Positions 44,221 through 55,805 of a DNA stretch of 64,000 bases are shown one piece after another. Made by a program: the position numbers and the translations under genes. Under the pieces are notes generated by a model. The model was given only the letters and a program-made list of their open reading frames with translations, did not search any database and was not told the DNA's origin. Position 1 is the stretch's first letter, and each line of letters opens with the position of its first letter. Source of the stretch: Myxococcales bacterium (GTDB lineage Bacteria; Myxococcota_A; Polyangia; Polyangiales; Ga0077539); assembly GCA_030652255.1 (NCBI GenBank), contig JAUSAZ010000012.1:81049-145048 (forward strand), written 5' to 3'.

Positions 44221-44269
44221 TAAGGAGGAACCCTTGACGGATTAAGGAAGATCCCTTATCTCACCATCC
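44221..44269 (+). promoter_or_regulatory. Putative sigma-70 promoter with twin operator repeats for the TetR gene (possibly leaderless)
   Basis: AT-richer island. TTGACG (44234-44239), 17-nt spacer, TATCTC (44257-44262). The GTG start at 44270 is about 7 nt downstream of the -10 box. Direct repeats TAAGGAgGAaCCCTT (44221-35) and TAAGGAaGAtCCCTT (44243-57) are each internally palindromic (AAGG..CCTT). Confidence 0.4.
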
Positions 44270-44905
44270 GTGCACGAAGCCGCCGTTCGGATGATCGATG
44301 CCGCCGAACGCCTCGTCGCCCAGCGTGGCCTTGCTGCCCTGACCGTGCAGGCCGTCCAGGAGGCCGCCGGGCAGCGGAACAAGTCGGCCGTGCAGTATCA
44401 CTTCGGTGGCCGTCAGGGCCTGGTCGACGCGCTGCTCGCCACCCGGATGGCGTCGGCGAGCGCGCGGCGTACGTCGATGCTCCTCGCGCTCGGGGGCGCC
44501 CCGAGCACCCGCGAGCTGGTCGAGGTGCTGGTCGTGCCGCTGATCGAGTCGGTGCTCTCTCGGCGGCCGAGCTACTGGGCCCGGTTCCTGATCCAGGCCA
44601 TCGGCGACCCGCAGACGGGACTGGCCGCGCTTGCCTCGGTCGACAACCAGGCGCTCCAGGCCGCGCAGTCCCGGCTCGAGGCGCACCTCGTCCGGCTTCC
44701 GCCCGGGGTCCGCAGCCTCCGGGTGCGGTCGATCTTCGGGTACGCCTGCGTCGTCCTCGCGGCCTACGAGGTCGGCGCGCTCCCTGCCGATCTCACCGAC
44801 AGCGCGCTGGTGACCGAGATCGTCGACGCGTGCTGCGGCCTCGTCGACGCCCCGCAGCTCCGACCGCCCACTCCGCCGTTCACCCCAATGAAGGACCGAC
44901 CATGA
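44270..44905 (+). CDS. TetR-family transcriptional regulator
   Basis: N-terminal HTH 'GLAALTVQAVQEAAGQRNKSAVQYHFGGRQGLVDALL'. Confidence 0.85.
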   Translation: MHEAAVRMIDAAERLVAQRGLAALTVQAVQEAAGQRNKSAVQYHFGGRQGLVDALLATRMASASARRTSMLLALGGAPSTRELVEVLVVPLIESVLSRRPSYWARFLIQAIGDPQTGLAALASVDNQALQAAQSRLEAHLVRLPPGVRSLRVRSIFGYACVVLAAYEVGALPADLTDSALVTEIVDACCGLVDAPQLRPPTPPFTPMKDRP

Positions 44906-45753
44906 ACACCATGACCGCCACGCCGCACGAAGGCGCCGGGATCGAGATCCGCGGCGTCGACCTCCGCACCGCCGACGAGGCCACCTTCAGCGAGATCCGC
45001 GACCTCTTCCACAAGCACGGGCTGGTGTTCCTCCGCGACCAGCGGCTGTCCGAGACCGACCACATCGCCCTCGCCCGGCGGCTCGGCACCATCAACCTCA
45101 ACCGCTTCTTCGTGAAGAACTCCGGGCACCCCGAGATCGCCATGGTCACCAAGGAGGCCGACCAGCGCCTCAACATCGGCGGCTTCTGGCACACCGACCA
45201 CAGCTACGACGTCGAGCCCGCGCTCGGCTCGATCCTCGTCGCTCGCGAGCTGCCGACCCGCGGCGGCGACACCCAGTTCATCAGCACCTACGACGCCTTC
45301 GCGGCCCTGCCCCCCAAGCTCCAGGACCGCCTCCGGGGCATGCGCGCCGTCCACTCCGCGAAGCACGCCTTCGGCACCACGGCCTCCAGGATCCGCGAGT
45401 GGATCGACCCCCAGGCGCGAACGGAGAACACCCAGGAAGCCGACGCGCTGGGCACGGTCACCCACCCGGTCGTGATCCGTCACCCGCTGTCGGGCCGGGA
45501 GGCGCTGTTCGTGAACCCGAGCTTCACCGTCCGCTTCGAGGGCTGGTCGGTGCTGCGCTCCGCCCCGCTGCTCGCGGAAATCTACGCCCGCGTCCTGCTC
45601 GGCGTGCGCGTCGCGAACTTCCGCTGGAGCTCAGGGTCCGTCGCGATCTGGGACAACCGGGCCACCTGGCACAACGCGAAGAACGACTACCGCGGGCAGC
45701 GTCGCGAGATGCACCGGATCACCCTCGACGGCTGTCCCCTCGACGCAGCCTGA
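44902..45753 (+). CDS. TauD/TfdA-family Fe(II)/2-oxoglutarate dioxygenase
   Basis: ATGA overlap with tetR. 'GGFWHTDHSYDVEPALGSIL' carries the HxD of the facial triad, followed by 'TRGGDTQF' and a distal His/Arg block 'WDNRATWHNA..DY'. Confidence 0.88.
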   Translation: MNTMTATPHEGAGIEIRGVDLRTADEATFSEIRDLFHKHGLVFLRDQRLSETDHIALARRLGTINLNRFFVKNSGHPEIAMVTKEADQRLNIGGFWHTDHSYDVEPALGSILVARELPTRGGDTQFISTYDAFAALPPKLQDRLRGMRAVHSAKHAFGTTASRIREWIDPQARTENTQEADALGTVTHPVVIRHPLSGREALFVNPSFTVRFEGWSVLRSAPLLAEIYARVLLGVRVANFRWSSGSVAIWDNRATWHNAKNDYRGQRREMHRITLDGCPLDAA

Positions 45754-45769
45754 CGCGCGGCGCGGGGGC

Positions 45770-46765
45770 TCAGGGGCTCCGGAGCTTGCGCCAGAGCGTG
45801 TTGCGCGCGACCCCGAGCACGCGCGCGGCCTCGGACTGCGATCCCCCGCAGGCGTCGAGCACCCGAAGGATGTGCTCGCGCTCCACCTCCGCCAGGGTCT
45901 TGTGGGCCTCGGTGCCCGGCGCCACGCAGTGGGGTGCCGGCGGGCGCGTGAGCCCGTCGGGCAGGTCGCACGCGTCGACCGCGGGGCCCGTCGCGAGCGC
46001 GGCGCCGTGCTTCACCACGTTTTGCAGTTCGCGGACGTTGCCGGGCCAGGGGTGTTGCTGGAGGCGGGCCTTCGCCGCGTCGGTGAAGCCCACCACGGGG
46101 GCGCGCTCGTCGGCGAGGAAGTGTTCGGCCAGGGCGAGCACGTCCTCGGGGCGCTCGCGCAACGGCGGCACCTCCAGGGTGAGCACCCGCAGGCGGTAGT
46201 AGAGGTCCTCGCGGAAGAGCCCCGCGCGCACGCGCTCGGCGAGGTCGCGGTGCGTCGCGCAGACCACGCGCACGTCCACCACGAAGGGGGCGTTCTCGCC
46301 GACGCGCCGGATCTCCCCGTCCTGGAGGGCGCGCAGCAGCTTGGCCTGGAACCCGTGGGGCATCTCGCCGATCTCGTCGAGGAAGAGGGTGCCGCCGTCG
46401 GCGGCCTCGAAGAGCCCGGGGCGGGCTGCCGAGGCGCCGGTGAAGGAGCCCTTGCCGTGGCCGAAGAGCTCGGACTCGAGGAGTTCTGCGGGGAGCGCGG
46501 CCACGTTGACCGCCACGAAGGCCTGGCGCGAGCGCGCGGAGTTGGCGTGCAGCACCCGGGCGACGACCTCCTTGCCCGTGCCGGTCTCGCCGAGCACGAC
46601 CACCGGGGCGTCGCTCGCCGCGAAGCGCGCCGCCCGCTTGAGGAGCGACTGCATCGCAGCGCTTCGGGCCACCACACGGGTGGTGCCCTTCAGGCGGGTG
46701 ATGAGGGGGACGAGGCCGCAGACGGCGCAGGTCGGATCACAGGTGGGGCGCACCCTCGGGGTCAT
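45770..46765 (-). CDS. Sigma-54-dependent transcriptional activator (EBP) lacking a classical sensor domain
   Basis: Walker A 'VLGETGTGKE', 'ESELFGHGKGSFTGA' (GAFTGA variant) and a C-terminal Fis-type HTH 'SQSEAARVLGVARNTLWRKL'. Only about 35 aa precede the AAA+ core, and they contain C-x3-C-x2-C (CDPTCAVCG). Confidence 0.9.
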   Translation of the reverse strand: MTPRVRPTCDPTCAVCGLVPLITRLKGTTRVVARSAAMQSLLKRAARFAASDAPVVVLGETGTGKEVVARVLHANSARSRQAFVAVNVAALPAELLESELFGHGKGSFTGASAARPGLFEAADGGTLFLDEIGEMPHGFQAKLLRALQDGEIRRVGENAPFVVDVRVVCATHRDLAERVRAGLFREDLYYRLRVLTLEVPPLRERPEDVLALAEHFLADERAPVVGFTDAAKARLQQHPWPGNVRELQNVVKHGAALATGPAVDACDLPDGLTRPPAPHCVAPGTEAHKTLAEVEREHILRVLDACGGSQSEAARVLGVARNTLWRKLRSP

Positions 46766-49010
46766 GGGACACGACGGGCCCCGTGTCGAGCACTGGCCGA
46801 CGGCGCAGGAGCGTCGCGGCGAAGTACACGAACGCGACCGCCCCGGCGCCGAACACGGTGTCCCCGATGGCCCGCAGCCAGCGCAGCGTGCTCATGGTGG
46901 GCGTCTGGAGAAACTCCGGGCTGCGCGCGTACCAGTACCCGACCTCGACCGAGGCGCGGGTCTGGAGCAGCCCGACGGGCAGCAGGCTGAGGAGCAGCAT
47001 CGCCATCAGGCCGCCGTTGAGGAGCCAGAAGGAGAGCGCGAGGGGCCGCTCGTTCCAGGGGCGGTCGGCGTCGGCGGCGCGGGCGCAGAAGAGCATCAGC
47101 GCGAGGCCGAGCATGCCGTAGACGCCGAAGAGCGCGGCGTGGCCGTGCAGGGGCGTGGTGTTGAGGCCCTGCATGAAATACAGCGCCACCGGGGGGTTGA
47201 TCATGAAGCCGAAGAGGCCGGCGCCGATGGCGTTCCAGAAGGCGACGGCGACGAAGAAGTAGATCGGGTAGCGGTACTTCTGCACCCACCCGTCCTGCTG
47301 CGCGAGCCGGAGGTTGTCCCAGGCCTCGTAGCCGATGAACACCAGCGGGACGACCTCGAGCGCGCTGAACACCGAGCCCAGCGAGGCCACCATCGCGGGC
47401 GTGCCGCTGAAGTAGAGGTGGTGCAGCGTCCCGATGATGCCGCCGGCGAGGAAGATGGTGACCGAGACCACCACCGCGCGCTCCGTGGACTTCGGCTCGA
47501 GCACCCCGAGGCGGGCGAAGAGGAAGGCGAACACCACCGTGGCGAAGACCTCGAAGAAGCCCTCGACCCAGAGGTGCACCACCCACCAGCGCCAGTACTC
47601 CGCGACGGAGAGGTGCGTGTGGTGGCCGTACCCGAGCGCCGCGCCGTAGAAGCCCGCGATCGCGAGCGCCGAGAGCACGAAGAGCAGCAGCAGCCCGCGG
47701 CTCTCGTCCTTGCGGCGCAGCGCCGGGAGCACCGCGCGCAGCACCAGCGTCACCCACAGGATGAGCCCCGCGAAGAGTCCGATCTGGAAGGCCCTGCCGA
47801 GGTCGATGTACTCGTACCCGCTGTGCCCGAAGTAGAAGCGGGTGCCGTCGTCCGAGAAGCGGTGCATCACGCTCAGCCACTGGCCCGCCATCGAGCCGAC
47901 GACCACCAGCACGAGCGCGCCGAGCAGCGCGTTGACCCCGAGCCGCTGGTACGGCGGGTCGCCGCCGCCGATGCTGGGCGCGACGAAGAGGCCCGCGGCG
48001 AGCCACGCGGTGGCGATCCAGAAGATGCCGAGCTGCGTGTGCCACGTGCGGCTGACGACGTAGGGGAGCCAGCGCGACAGGGGGATGCCGTAGAGGCCGT
48101 CGCCCTCGACGCCGAAGTGCGCGGTGACGATGCCCATCGCGATCTGCGCGAGGAAGAGCGCGGCGACCACGCCGAAGTACACGAGGGCCGAGCGCTGCGA
48201 GGGGGTGAGCTTCGTGCGCAGCAGGGGGTCGTCCGGGGGCGGCTCGGTCACCGTCGCCATGTGCGGCCGGGCGGCGCGCCACCAGACCATCGCGGAGATG
48301 CTGGCGAGCAGCACGATGATGCTCACGCCGGTCCAGAGCACGGCGTCGCCGGTGACGATGTTGCCGACGAGGGGCTCGTGCGGCCAGTTGTTGGTGTACG
48401 AGACGCCGGGCTGCGAGGGGCGGTCGGTGCTCGCGGCCCACGACGACCAGAAGAAGAAGCTGGTGAGCAGGTGCGCCTTGCGGGCGTCGGCTTGGGCCCC
48501 GCGCGGGATCGCGAACTCCGTGCGCCCGTCGCGGAAGAGCGCGGTGTAGTGGGCGCGCAGCGAGCGAAGGGCCTCGGCGCGCTCGGCGGTGAGCACCACC
48601 GTGCCGGTCGCCGGGTCGTAGGTGCTGGTGCGTATCGCGCGCTGGAGGCGTGAGCGGAAGGCGGCCTGGACCTCCGGGGGGGCGGCGTCGTAGGAGGCCG
48701 CGCCCGACCCTCGGGCGTACTGATCGAGGACGAGCATGGACTCGCGGTGCAGGTAGTCGGCGGTCCAGTCGGGGGCGACGTAGCTGCCGTGGCCCCAGAT
48801 GGAGCCGACCTGCATGCCCCCCATGGCCTGCCAGACGTTCTGACCCGACGAGATGTCGTCGGGGGCGATGAGCACCTCGCCGTCGGGCGAGATCACGCGG
48901 GACGGTATCGGCGGCGCCTCCTGCTGGATGCGGTGACCCGCATACAGGAGCACCGCGAACGAGCTGAGGACGACGAGCAGCAGGACCTTCCAAGGCGTGT
49001 TCCAGGACAT
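46737..49010 (-). CDS. norB: Quinol-dependent nitric-oxide reductase (qNor, fused NorB)
   Basis: 757 aa starting at the internal ATG at 49010 (MSWNTPWKVLLLVV...). An N-terminal TM and periplasmic domain precede a 12-TM heme-copper-oxidase core with conserved His (for example 'GHGSYVAPDW', 'WWVVHLWVEGFFE', 'TPLHGHAALFGVYGM'). Confidence 0.9.
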   Translation of the reverse strand: MSWNTPWKVLLLVVLSSFAVLLYAGHRIQQEAPPIPSRVISPDGEVLIAPDDISSGQNVWQAMGGMQVGSIWGHGSYVAPDWTADYLHRESMLVLDQYARGSGAASYDAAPPEVQAAFRSRLQRAIRTSTYDPATGTVVLTAERAEALRSLRAHYTALFRDGRTEFAIPRGAQADARKAHLLTSFFFWSSWAASTDRPSQPGVSYTNNWPHEPLVGNIVTGDAVLWTGVSIIVLLASISAMVWWRAARPHMATVTEPPPDDPLLRTKLTPSQRSALVYFGVVAALFLAQIAMGIVTAHFGVEGDGLYGIPLSRWLPYVVSRTWHTQLGIFWIATAWLAAGLFVAPSIGGGDPPYQRLGVNALLGALVLVVVGSMAGQWLSVMHRFSDDGTRFYFGHSGYEYIDLGRAFQIGLFAGLILWVTLVLRAVLPALRRKDESRGLLLLFVLSALAIAGFYGAALGYGHHTHLSVAEYWRWWVVHLWVEGFFEVFATVVFAFLFARLGVLEPKSTERAVVVSVTIFLAGGIIGTLHHLYFSGTPAMVASLGSVFSALEVVPLVFIGYEAWDNLRLAQQDGWVQKYRYPIYFFVAVAFWNAIGAGLFGFMINPPVALYFMQGLNTTPLHGHAALFGVYGMLGLALMLFCARAADADRPWNERPLALSFWLLNGGLMAMLLLSLLPVGLLQTRASVEVGYWYARSPEFLQTPTMSTLRWLRAIGDTVFGAGAVAFVYFAATLLRRRPVLDTGPVVSHDPEGAPHL

Positions 49011-49039
49011 GAAGAGAGAGCCTCCGGGCGGCCCCCGTC

Positions 49040-49056
49040 CGCAACGGCCATGCCGG
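49040..49056 (-). promoter_or_regulatory. Putative sigma-54 (-24/-12) promoter of norB
   Basis: The minus strand reads cCGGCATggccgTTGCg. GG and GC have the canonical spacing (TGGCAC-N5-TTGC). It lies about 30 nt upstream of the ATG, with GGAGG in between. Confidence 0.5.
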
Positions 49057-49098
49057 GTGATTCCGACGGAGTCCCGAGCACTTCGCGCCCTGTGTGGG

Positions 49099-49139
49099 GT
49101 GTTCCACCTGTTCCGTTGTGGAACACCCGCGCGGAACAC
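49099..49139. promoter_or_regulatory. Putative EBP upstream activating sequence (nested GTGTTCC/GGAACAC dyads)
   Basis: GTGTTCCAC (49099-107) and its perfect reverse complement GTGGAACAC (49118-126). Extra half-sites are TGTTCC (49109-114) and GGAACAC (49133-139). The block is centred between the two divergent sigma-54-like promoters. Confidence 0.45.
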
Positions 49140-49180
49140 CGGCGGGCCCCTGCGCAGGCGCGAAGGCCACCAGCGCCGCG

Positions 49181-49196
49181 TGGCGCGCGGCGTGCT
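49181..49196 (+). promoter_or_regulatory. Putative sigma-54 (-24/-12) promoter of the RIC/ytfE-like gene
   Basis: TGGCGCgcggcGTGCT with canonical GG/GC spacing, about 43 nt upstream of the ATG at 49239. Confidence 0.4.
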
Positions 49197-49238
49197 CCAC
49201 ACCTCTCCACGAACACCCCACCAGCGGAGCCTCACACC

Positions 49239-52234
<2,996 letters not shown>

Positions 52235-52387
52235 CGGCGCCCCCCGCAGACAACATTCATCCCCCGCACCGACGCTCGAGGGGGTACTCCGCTGCGACGG
52301 GGACGACGACCACATCCGCCTTTGCGCATTCCCGAAGGCGGGTGCGTCAGCCGTGATCGTCGTCCCGGTCGCAGCGCCCCCCTCCGC

Positions 52388-52981
52388 TCAACCCTCGTCG
52401 CGCTCGGCCACGGGCTTCCACCCGTGGCTGCGAAGGAAGCTCCGCACCTTCCCGAAGCGCTCCATGCACACGAACACCGGCGCGTACTGCTCGGTGAGCC
52501 GCACCCGCACATCCGCGCCGTCGCAGACCAACACGATGCGCGCCACGTCGAGGTCGCCGCTCAGCTCGGTGGTGGGCACCGCGTCGCCGTAGCCCTGGTG
52601 GTACGACACCCGCTGGATGGCCTTGCGCTCGATCTCCACGTCGCGCACCTCGGACAGCGCCACCACCACGGGCGCCGCCTCGCCCGCGCGCTGGACGGCG
52701 AGCGACCCGCCGGCCACGTCGAGCGTGAAGCCCGGCGCGACCTCCTGCCGCCGCCGGAACCACCAGTACCCGCCGCCCGCCGCGGCGCACGCGCCCGCCG
52801 CGTGGGGTGACACCGCGGCCACCGCCCCGACCCCCAGCGCCGCCGCGAGGAAGCCGTAGTACCCGCGGAGGAAGGCCTTCCACTTCGAGCGCTCGGCGTC
52901 GCTCCAGGCGACCACGAGCTGCGGGGCGGGCGCGCGCTCCTCGACCTCGATGGGCGCGCGGTAGGGGGTGTCCTTCGGCAT
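52388..52981 (-). CDS. Hypothetical membrane protein
   Basis: 197 aa. One or two central TM segments (YYGFLAAALGVGAVAAV) followed by a beta-rich C-terminal domain. No family recognised. Confidence 0.5.
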   Translation of the reverse strand: MPKDTPYRAPIEVEERAPAPQLVVAWSDAERSKWKAFLRGYYGFLAAALGVGAVAAVSPHAAGACAAAGGGYWWFRRRQEVAPGFTLDVAGGSLAVQRAGEAAPVVVALSEVRDVEIERKAIQRVSYHQGYGDAVPTTELSGDLDVARIVLVCDGADVRVRLTEQYAPVFVCMERFGKVRSFLRSHGWKPVAERDEG

Positions 52982-53005
52982 CGCCAGGCTCCTGCGGGGT
53001 GCGGG

Positions 53006-53797
53006 TCAGTCGTTGAGGGAGGTGCGCTCGACGCGGCGCTCCCGGCGCCGGCGGGTGACCGTGACGGCGCTCTCGATGAGGCCGAAGGCGAGGTAGCACC
53101 CGAGCAGCCACGGGAGCGCGAAGGCCGGGCCCAGCCGCGCGCCCACGAGCACGGTGCTGGAGACCCCCGCGGCGATGACCGCGAGCGGGCGCCACCCGGT
53201 GAGCCGCACGTCCTTGAAGGATCGGAAGTGCACCGTGCTGACCATCAGCGTCGAGAGCACCACCATGAGCAGGGCCACGGCGGAGGGGTGCGCGAAGAGC
53301 CGAGCCCCGACGGAGTGGTTGGCGAGCACGAGCGCGATGAGCATCCCCGCGGCGCCGGGGATGGGCAGGCCGACGATGTACTTGCCGGGCTTCGTGGTGG
53401 CGCCGGCCTCGCGGATGGCGATGACGTTGAAGCGCGCGAGGCGGATGGCGCCGCAGGCCACGTAGAGGAAGCACGCCGCGACGCCGAGGTCGCCGAGCGG
53501 CGCTAGGGACCAGCGCCACGCGAGCAGCGCCGGGGCGACGCCGAAGGAGATCACGTCGGCGAGGGAGTCGAACTGGAGCCCGAACGCGGACTGGGTGCGG
53601 GTGAGCCGGGCCACGCGGCCGTCGATGATGTCGAAGAACATCGCGAACACCAGCAGCAGCGCGGCGGCCTGGTAGCGCGCCGGGTCGACCGCCGGGGACC
53701 CCGCCGTCGAGAGCAGCCGGATGGCGTTGAAGCCACAGAAGATGCTCGAGACGGTGAAGAGGTTGGGGAGGATGAAGAGGCTCTTGCGGAGGTCCAT
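53006..53797 (-). CDS. pssA: CDP-diacylglycerol--serine O-phosphatidyltransferase
   Basis: CDP-alcohol phosphatidyltransferase motif 'DIIDGRVARLTRTQSAFGLQFDSLADVISFG'. Polytopic, 263 aa. Confidence 0.9.
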   Translation of the reverse strand: MDLRKSLFILPNLFTVSSIFCGFNAIRLLSTAGSPAVDPARYQAAALLLVFAMFFDIIDGRVARLTRTQSAFGLQFDSLADVISFGVAPALLAWRWSLAPLGDLGVAACFLYVACGAIRLARFNVIAIREAGATTKPGKYIVGLPIPGAAGMLIALVLANHSVGARLFAHPSAVALLMVVLSTLMVSTVHFRSFKDVRLTGWRPLAVIAAGVSSTVLVGARLGPAFALPWLLGCYLAFGLIESAVTVTRRRRERRVERTSLND

Positions 53798-53966
53798 GGC
53801 TTCGCGGGAGGCGTAGCATCGGACGGGGCCGGAGGTCGAAGTCGCGACCAGAGCGACGCACCGGGGGAGCGTGCGTAGCGCGCGACGCAGGCGCGATCAT
53901 TCTACGCGGTGATTGCAGTGTATTTCGCGCGTCGAGATCGCGTGACCCCCGCCGCCGCGCCGGGCT

Positions 53967-55805
53967 ATGTCCGCGTCCATGTCGCTGCAAGCCACCCCCG
54001 CGCCCGCGCCGCAGAGAGCGCGCGCCTCGAGCAAGCCCCACGAGTTCGTCGCCATCGAGGCGCCCCCGGCGGAGCAGCGCCGGGCGCGCGCGGCGACCTT
54101 CGCCCCGGCGGGCGAGAAGCGCACCCGGCACCACCTGCCCGAGCGCCTCGACTCGGCGTCGCCGGTGGGCTACCGCACCCGCGTCTCGCTCACCCGCGAC
54201 GAGGCCGCGACGATGCTCTCCGTGCTCGCGCTTCCGCGGCCCACGGGCTTCGTGCCGGGCCCTGCGCCGCGGGAGTCCGAGCTCTTCGAGGAGTGCTCGC
54301 TCGGGGTGCTCACCGCGCGCCAGTCGACCAACTTCCAGGGACACCGCGACGTGCTGCTGGGCTCCGACGACTCGGCCCGCGCCGCGGCCCTGCTGCGCCG
54401 CATCGGCACCCACGGCGTGCCGGTGCTCGACGGCGCGGCGTACACCCACCTGGTGCTCGCGCGGCCGTACCGCACGGCCTTCACGCTGCTGCTGACCTTC
54501 GTCGGGCACAAGACCCTCGCGAGCCTCGCGACGGTGCCGATGCGCGCGTGGGCCAAGCGCTTCCGCCACGCCGACGACATCCCGACCATCGGGTACCTCA
54601 CCGAGCTGCACCTGGGCGTGCTCGCCGACGCGATGGAGCGCGCCGCGGTCGTGGCGTCGGCGGGGCAGCGGCGGGCGCAGGTGTTCCTCCGGCCGATGGA
54701 CGCGCCGGACGACCCCGCGGCGCTGCGCGAGCTGGAGGCCCTCGCGGGACTCGGCCCGAAGGAGCGGGCCCAGGGCTGGCGCATCGGCCTCGTGGCGCAG
54801 GTGGGGTACGCGCGACCGGGAGAGGGCGTGGCCATCGCGCCCGCGTCGGCGCGGCGCCTGGGCGCGGCGCTGCTGGCCCTGCGCAGCGAGCGCATCCAGC
54901 CGGGGGTCAACGCCGACGAGGGCGCCCCCGCGGCCTACCAGGCCCGGCAGGACATGAACGTCTCCGACGCGCTCGCCGAGCAGGCGGGCCGCGCGGCCTA
55001 CAACGCCTTCGCGCACTTCACCGGCGTCGAGCGCGACCGGGCGCGCGAGCTGCTTCTGCTGGAGCGCATCGACGTGCTTACCCCGGACGGTAAAGACCGG
55101 CTCCGGGCGGTGCGCGAGCAGCTGGCGGAGGTCACCGACCGGGTGGTGCGGGAGATCCCGCTGTGGGCCGACCTGCCCATCGGGCGGGCGCTGAGCCGCA
55201 ACGCCGCCCGCGGGCGCAAGGCCTTCGCGCTCGCGGGGCAGCGCATCTACGTGGGCGGGCTCTCGCGCCGGGACGTGGAGTCGGCGGGGCTGCCCTTCGG
55301 CTTCGCGGTGCGGGCCTTCGGTGCGGCGGCGGCGCGCAGCGCGCTGGTGGCGGAGGTGTCGGGGACGACGGAGGTCCCGGCGGGGTGCGACCTGCTCGCG
55401 GGCGTGTGCCTCATGGCGGGCCCGGTGAACCAGAACGACATCGGCAAGCAGTTTCACGGCGCGCCCGACCTGCTCGCGGAGGCCTTCCCCGACCGCGACC
55501 CGACGAGCCTCCTGGTCTGGACCCTCAAGGCCAAGACCGTCGCCGACCCCATCGGCAACGAGCAGCAGCTCCTCGACGCCGCGCGCCAGGGCGCCCTCGT
55601 CGACCTTCGCCCGGGGCCCCACGAGGTGGTCTCGCTGCGCCGGGGGGTGAGCCTCGCGCCGATGCGATCGCGCGACGGCCGCGTCAACGCCGAGCGGGCC
55701 TTCGGCGACGTGGGCAACTTCGTCACGGCGCCCGACGGCCGGGAGATCGCGGGCAACCGCGGCTCGGCCTGGCCCGCGGCCTGGTCGAAGGAGGTGCCCT
55801 GGTGA
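53967..55805 (+). CDS. Hypothetical protein (612 aa), no recognisable domain
   Basis: Long ORF with balanced composition. Its stop overlaps the GTG of the downstream MaoC-like gene (GTGA). The opposite-strand 1091-aa ORF is R/G/A/P shadow. Confidence 0.55.
   Translation: MSASMSLQATPAPAPQRARASSKPHEFVAIEAPPAEQRRARAATFAPAGEKRTRHHLPERLDSASPVGYRTRVSLTRDEAATMLSVLALPRPTGFVPGPAPRESELFEECSLGVLTARQSTNFQGHRDVLLGSDDSARAAALLRRIGTHGVPVLDGAAYTHLVLARPYRTAFTLLLTFVGHKTLASLATVPMRAWAKRFRHADDIPTIGYLTELHLGVLADAMERAAVVASAGQRRAQVFLRPMDAPDDPAALRELEALAGLGPKERAQGWRIGLVAQVGYARPGEGVAIAPASARRLGAALLALRSERIQPGVNADEGAPAAYQARQDMNVSDALAEQAGRAAYNAFAHFTGVERDRARELLLLERIDVLTPDGKDRLRAVREQLAEVTDRVVREIPLWADLPIGRALSRNAARGRKAFALAGQRIYVGGLSRRDVESAGLPFGFAVRAFGAAAARSALVAEVSGTTEVPAGCDLLAGVCLMAGPVNQNDIGKQFHGAPDLLAEAFPDRDPTSLLVWTLKAKTVADPIGNEQQLLDAARQGALVDLRPGPHEVVSLRRGVSLAPMRSRDGRVNAERAFGDVGNFVTAPDGREIAGNRGSAWPAAWSKEVPW

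Noticed and set aside
44224-44245. Strong Shine-Dalgarno-like AAGGAGG followed by the TTG-ACG-GAT-TAA mini-ORF
   Set aside because: The three-codon ORF has no plausible product. The AAGGAGG is better explained as part of the repeated operator-like TAAGGA(g/a)GA motif upstream of tetR.
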